NCBI GenBank assembly: GCA_018500045.2
Contig: JAHBAQ020000042.1
Coordinates: forward strand, 1-29,034
Length of the DNA: 29,034 nucleotides
Source of the DNA: Candidatus Shapirobacteria bacterium
Lineage (GTDB): Bacteria; Patescibacteriota; Microgenomatia; UBA12405
Direction of reading: 5' to 3'
A program made the translations under genes and the position numbers. Below the pieces are notes generated by a model that saw only the letters and a program-made list of their open reading frames with translations, was not told the DNA's origin and ran no database searches. Each line of letters starts with the position of its first letter. Position 1 is the first letter of the stretch. This document shows, piece after piece, positions 27,486 through 29,034 of this stretch.

Positions 27486-28409
27486 ATGAATGTTTTATCA
27501 GTAGATCAATTTAGTAAAGAGACTTTGGATAAGCTGTTTATTAAGGTTTCCGACTTTAAACAAAAATATCAGACAAAAGAAGGAAGAGATCATTTGTTTA
27601 GGTTACAATTTGGAAAGCAGATGTGTTCGTTTTTTTTTGAACCATCGACGAGAACAAGAATAAGTTTTGAACTGGCTGCCAGAAGATTGGGAATGGGAGT
27701 AGTGACAGTGGAAGATGCCAAAAATTCTTCAACTGTCAAAGGAGAAACATTGGAAGATACAATTAAAATTGTAAATTTGTATAATTTTGATTTAGTGGTA
27801 ATGAGGCACAATGAGACGGGTTCATTAGCAAGGGCGGCTCAGGTCAGTAAAATACCAATAATTAGTGGTGGTGATGGTAAAGGAGAACATCCAACTCAAG
27901 CTTTATTGGACGTTTTCACTATTTGGGAAAGATTTGGCAGATTGGATAATTTAAACGTGACAATTGGAGGAGATTTGGCTAATGGGAGAACAGTGAGATC
28001 TTTGGCTAATTTATTATCAATTTATGATGGAAATACAATTAATTTTGTGTCGTCTCCCCAATTAAAAGTGGGTGACGATGTAAAAGAGAAACTAAAACAA
28101 GATGGAACAGGGTTTAAAGAAACAGATAACGTAGATTCGGTGTTGGGTGAATCTGATGTAATTTATTGGACCAGAATTCAAAAAGAAAGAATGGAAAATC
28201 CTGAAGAGATAGGGGCGAAATATGTAATTGACCAAAGCAAATTAAAAATCATCCCAGAGGACGCCATAATTATGCATCCCTTACCAAGAGTTGATGAAAT
28301 TACAACAGATGTGGATAACGATAAACGGGCTTATTATTTTCAACAAGCCGAGAATGGTTTGTATTTGCGAATGGCGCTAATAGATTCGGTATTGAATGGG
28401 GAGATTTAA
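27486..28409 (+). CDS. pyrB: Aspartate carbamoyltransferase catalytic subunit
   Basis: FFEPSTRTRISF, KGETLEDT, MRH, HPTQALLD, TRIQKER, MHPLPR. Confidence 0.95.
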   Translation: MNVLSVDQFSKETLDKLFIKVSDFKQKYQTKEGRDHLFRLQFGKQMCSFFFEPSTRTRISFELAARRLGMGVVTVEDAKNSSTVKGETLEDTIKIVNLYNFDLVVMRHNETGSLARAAQVSKIPIISGGDGKGEHPTQALLDVFTIWERFGRLDNLNVTIGGDLANGRTVRSLANLLSIYDGNTINFVSSPQLKVGDDVKEKLKQDGTGFKETDNVDSVLGESDVIYWTRIQKERMENPEEIGAKYVIDQSKLKIIPEDAIIMHPLPRVDEITTDVDNDKRAYYFQQAENGLYLRMALIDSVLNGEI

Positions 28410-28443
28410 AAGAATGGTAGAATTGGGTAAATAAAAAAGATGT

Positions 28444-29015
28444 ATGAATAAACTTTTCTTGGCTTCGCATTTTAGTAAAGTTACTTCTTTGGTTCAAGGG
28501 TTTTTTGGTGGATTAAATTTATCTGATATTAAGATGGCTTATATTCCTAATGCTGAACCGACAAAAGAACCTAAAAATAGGTCTAGTTATAAAGCTTTAG
28601 AATCTTTGGGTTTTAAGGAAATCATAATTGCCGATATTGAAAGGATGAAAAAAGATGAAATTAAAGGTATTTTTGATGAATGCCAAGCTATCTTTGGTGC
28701 AGGTGGAGATCCGATTTATTTAATTAATAAACTTAGAGAAACTGGTATGGATAAATTACTGATTCAAGAAATTGAAAAAGGTAAATTTTATTTTGGTTCT
28801 TCAGCAGGTTCGATGATTATGGGAGAAAAAATTAAAACTAGTAAACATTTAGGGCAAAAAACTGGGATAGGATTTGGTTTAGTAAAATTTAGTATCTTAC
28901 CTCATTGGGGAGAAGAAAACGACGAGGATTATAAAGATAAAAAAGTAGAAATAGTTCAAGAAACTTATAGTGAAAAAATGTCGGTTATGACTTTGACTGA
29001 TGATCAGGTAATAGT
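28444..29015 (+). CDS. Peptidase S51 (peptidase E/dipeptidase E-like), 3'-truncated by the window or adapter
   Basis: Not in the ORF track (no stop). Hand translation gives MNKLFLAS...YIPNA...GAGGDP...GSSAGS (nucleophile elbow)...ILPHW. Confidence 0.85.
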
Positions 29016-29034
29016 CTGTCTCTTATACACATCT
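29016..29034 (+). other. Tn5 mosaic end / Nextera adapter read-through (artefact)
   Basis: Exact 19-mer CTGTCTCTTATACACATCT at the sequence end. Confidence 0.97.

Noticed and set aside
29016-29034. Genuine Tn5/IS50 transposon end
   Set aside because: It matches the engineered mosaic end, sits at the extreme terminus, and has no transposase

Overview
This is a gene-dense, AT-rich bacterial chromosome segment read with standard code 11 (TGA acts as stop). Gene content and style suggest a Patescibacteria/CPR (Microgenomates-like) genome; this is inferred, not determined. It carries two central-carbon operons: rpiB-pgk-gap-rpe-LOG, and tktN-tktC-fba-pfkB-hyp. It also has a cell-envelope block (CapA, PEGA/SH3 lipoprotein, WecA-like, GT-C, GT2, two tandem class A PBPs), an ECF sigma, yjbQ, ispH-tdk, rdgB with a P-loop kinase, tRNA-Cys(GCA), groES-groEL with a variant CIRCE, an FkbM methyltransferase, pyrB and a truncated peptidase S51. 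The window ends in a Tn5/Nextera mosaic-end sequence, which is a library artefact. I found no CRISPR array, integrase, transposase or recognisable defence system. The best leads are: (1) a dispersed two-hairpin repeat with one copy in frame inside pgk; (2) a possible route from nucleotides to ribose-5P to ATP that bypasses transaldolase, with a GAPDH lacking the NAD-specificity residues; (3) pervasive leaderless, Shine-Dalgarno-free gene starts; (4) a WecA homologue lacking two conserved Asp residues. I could not test novelty without database searches.
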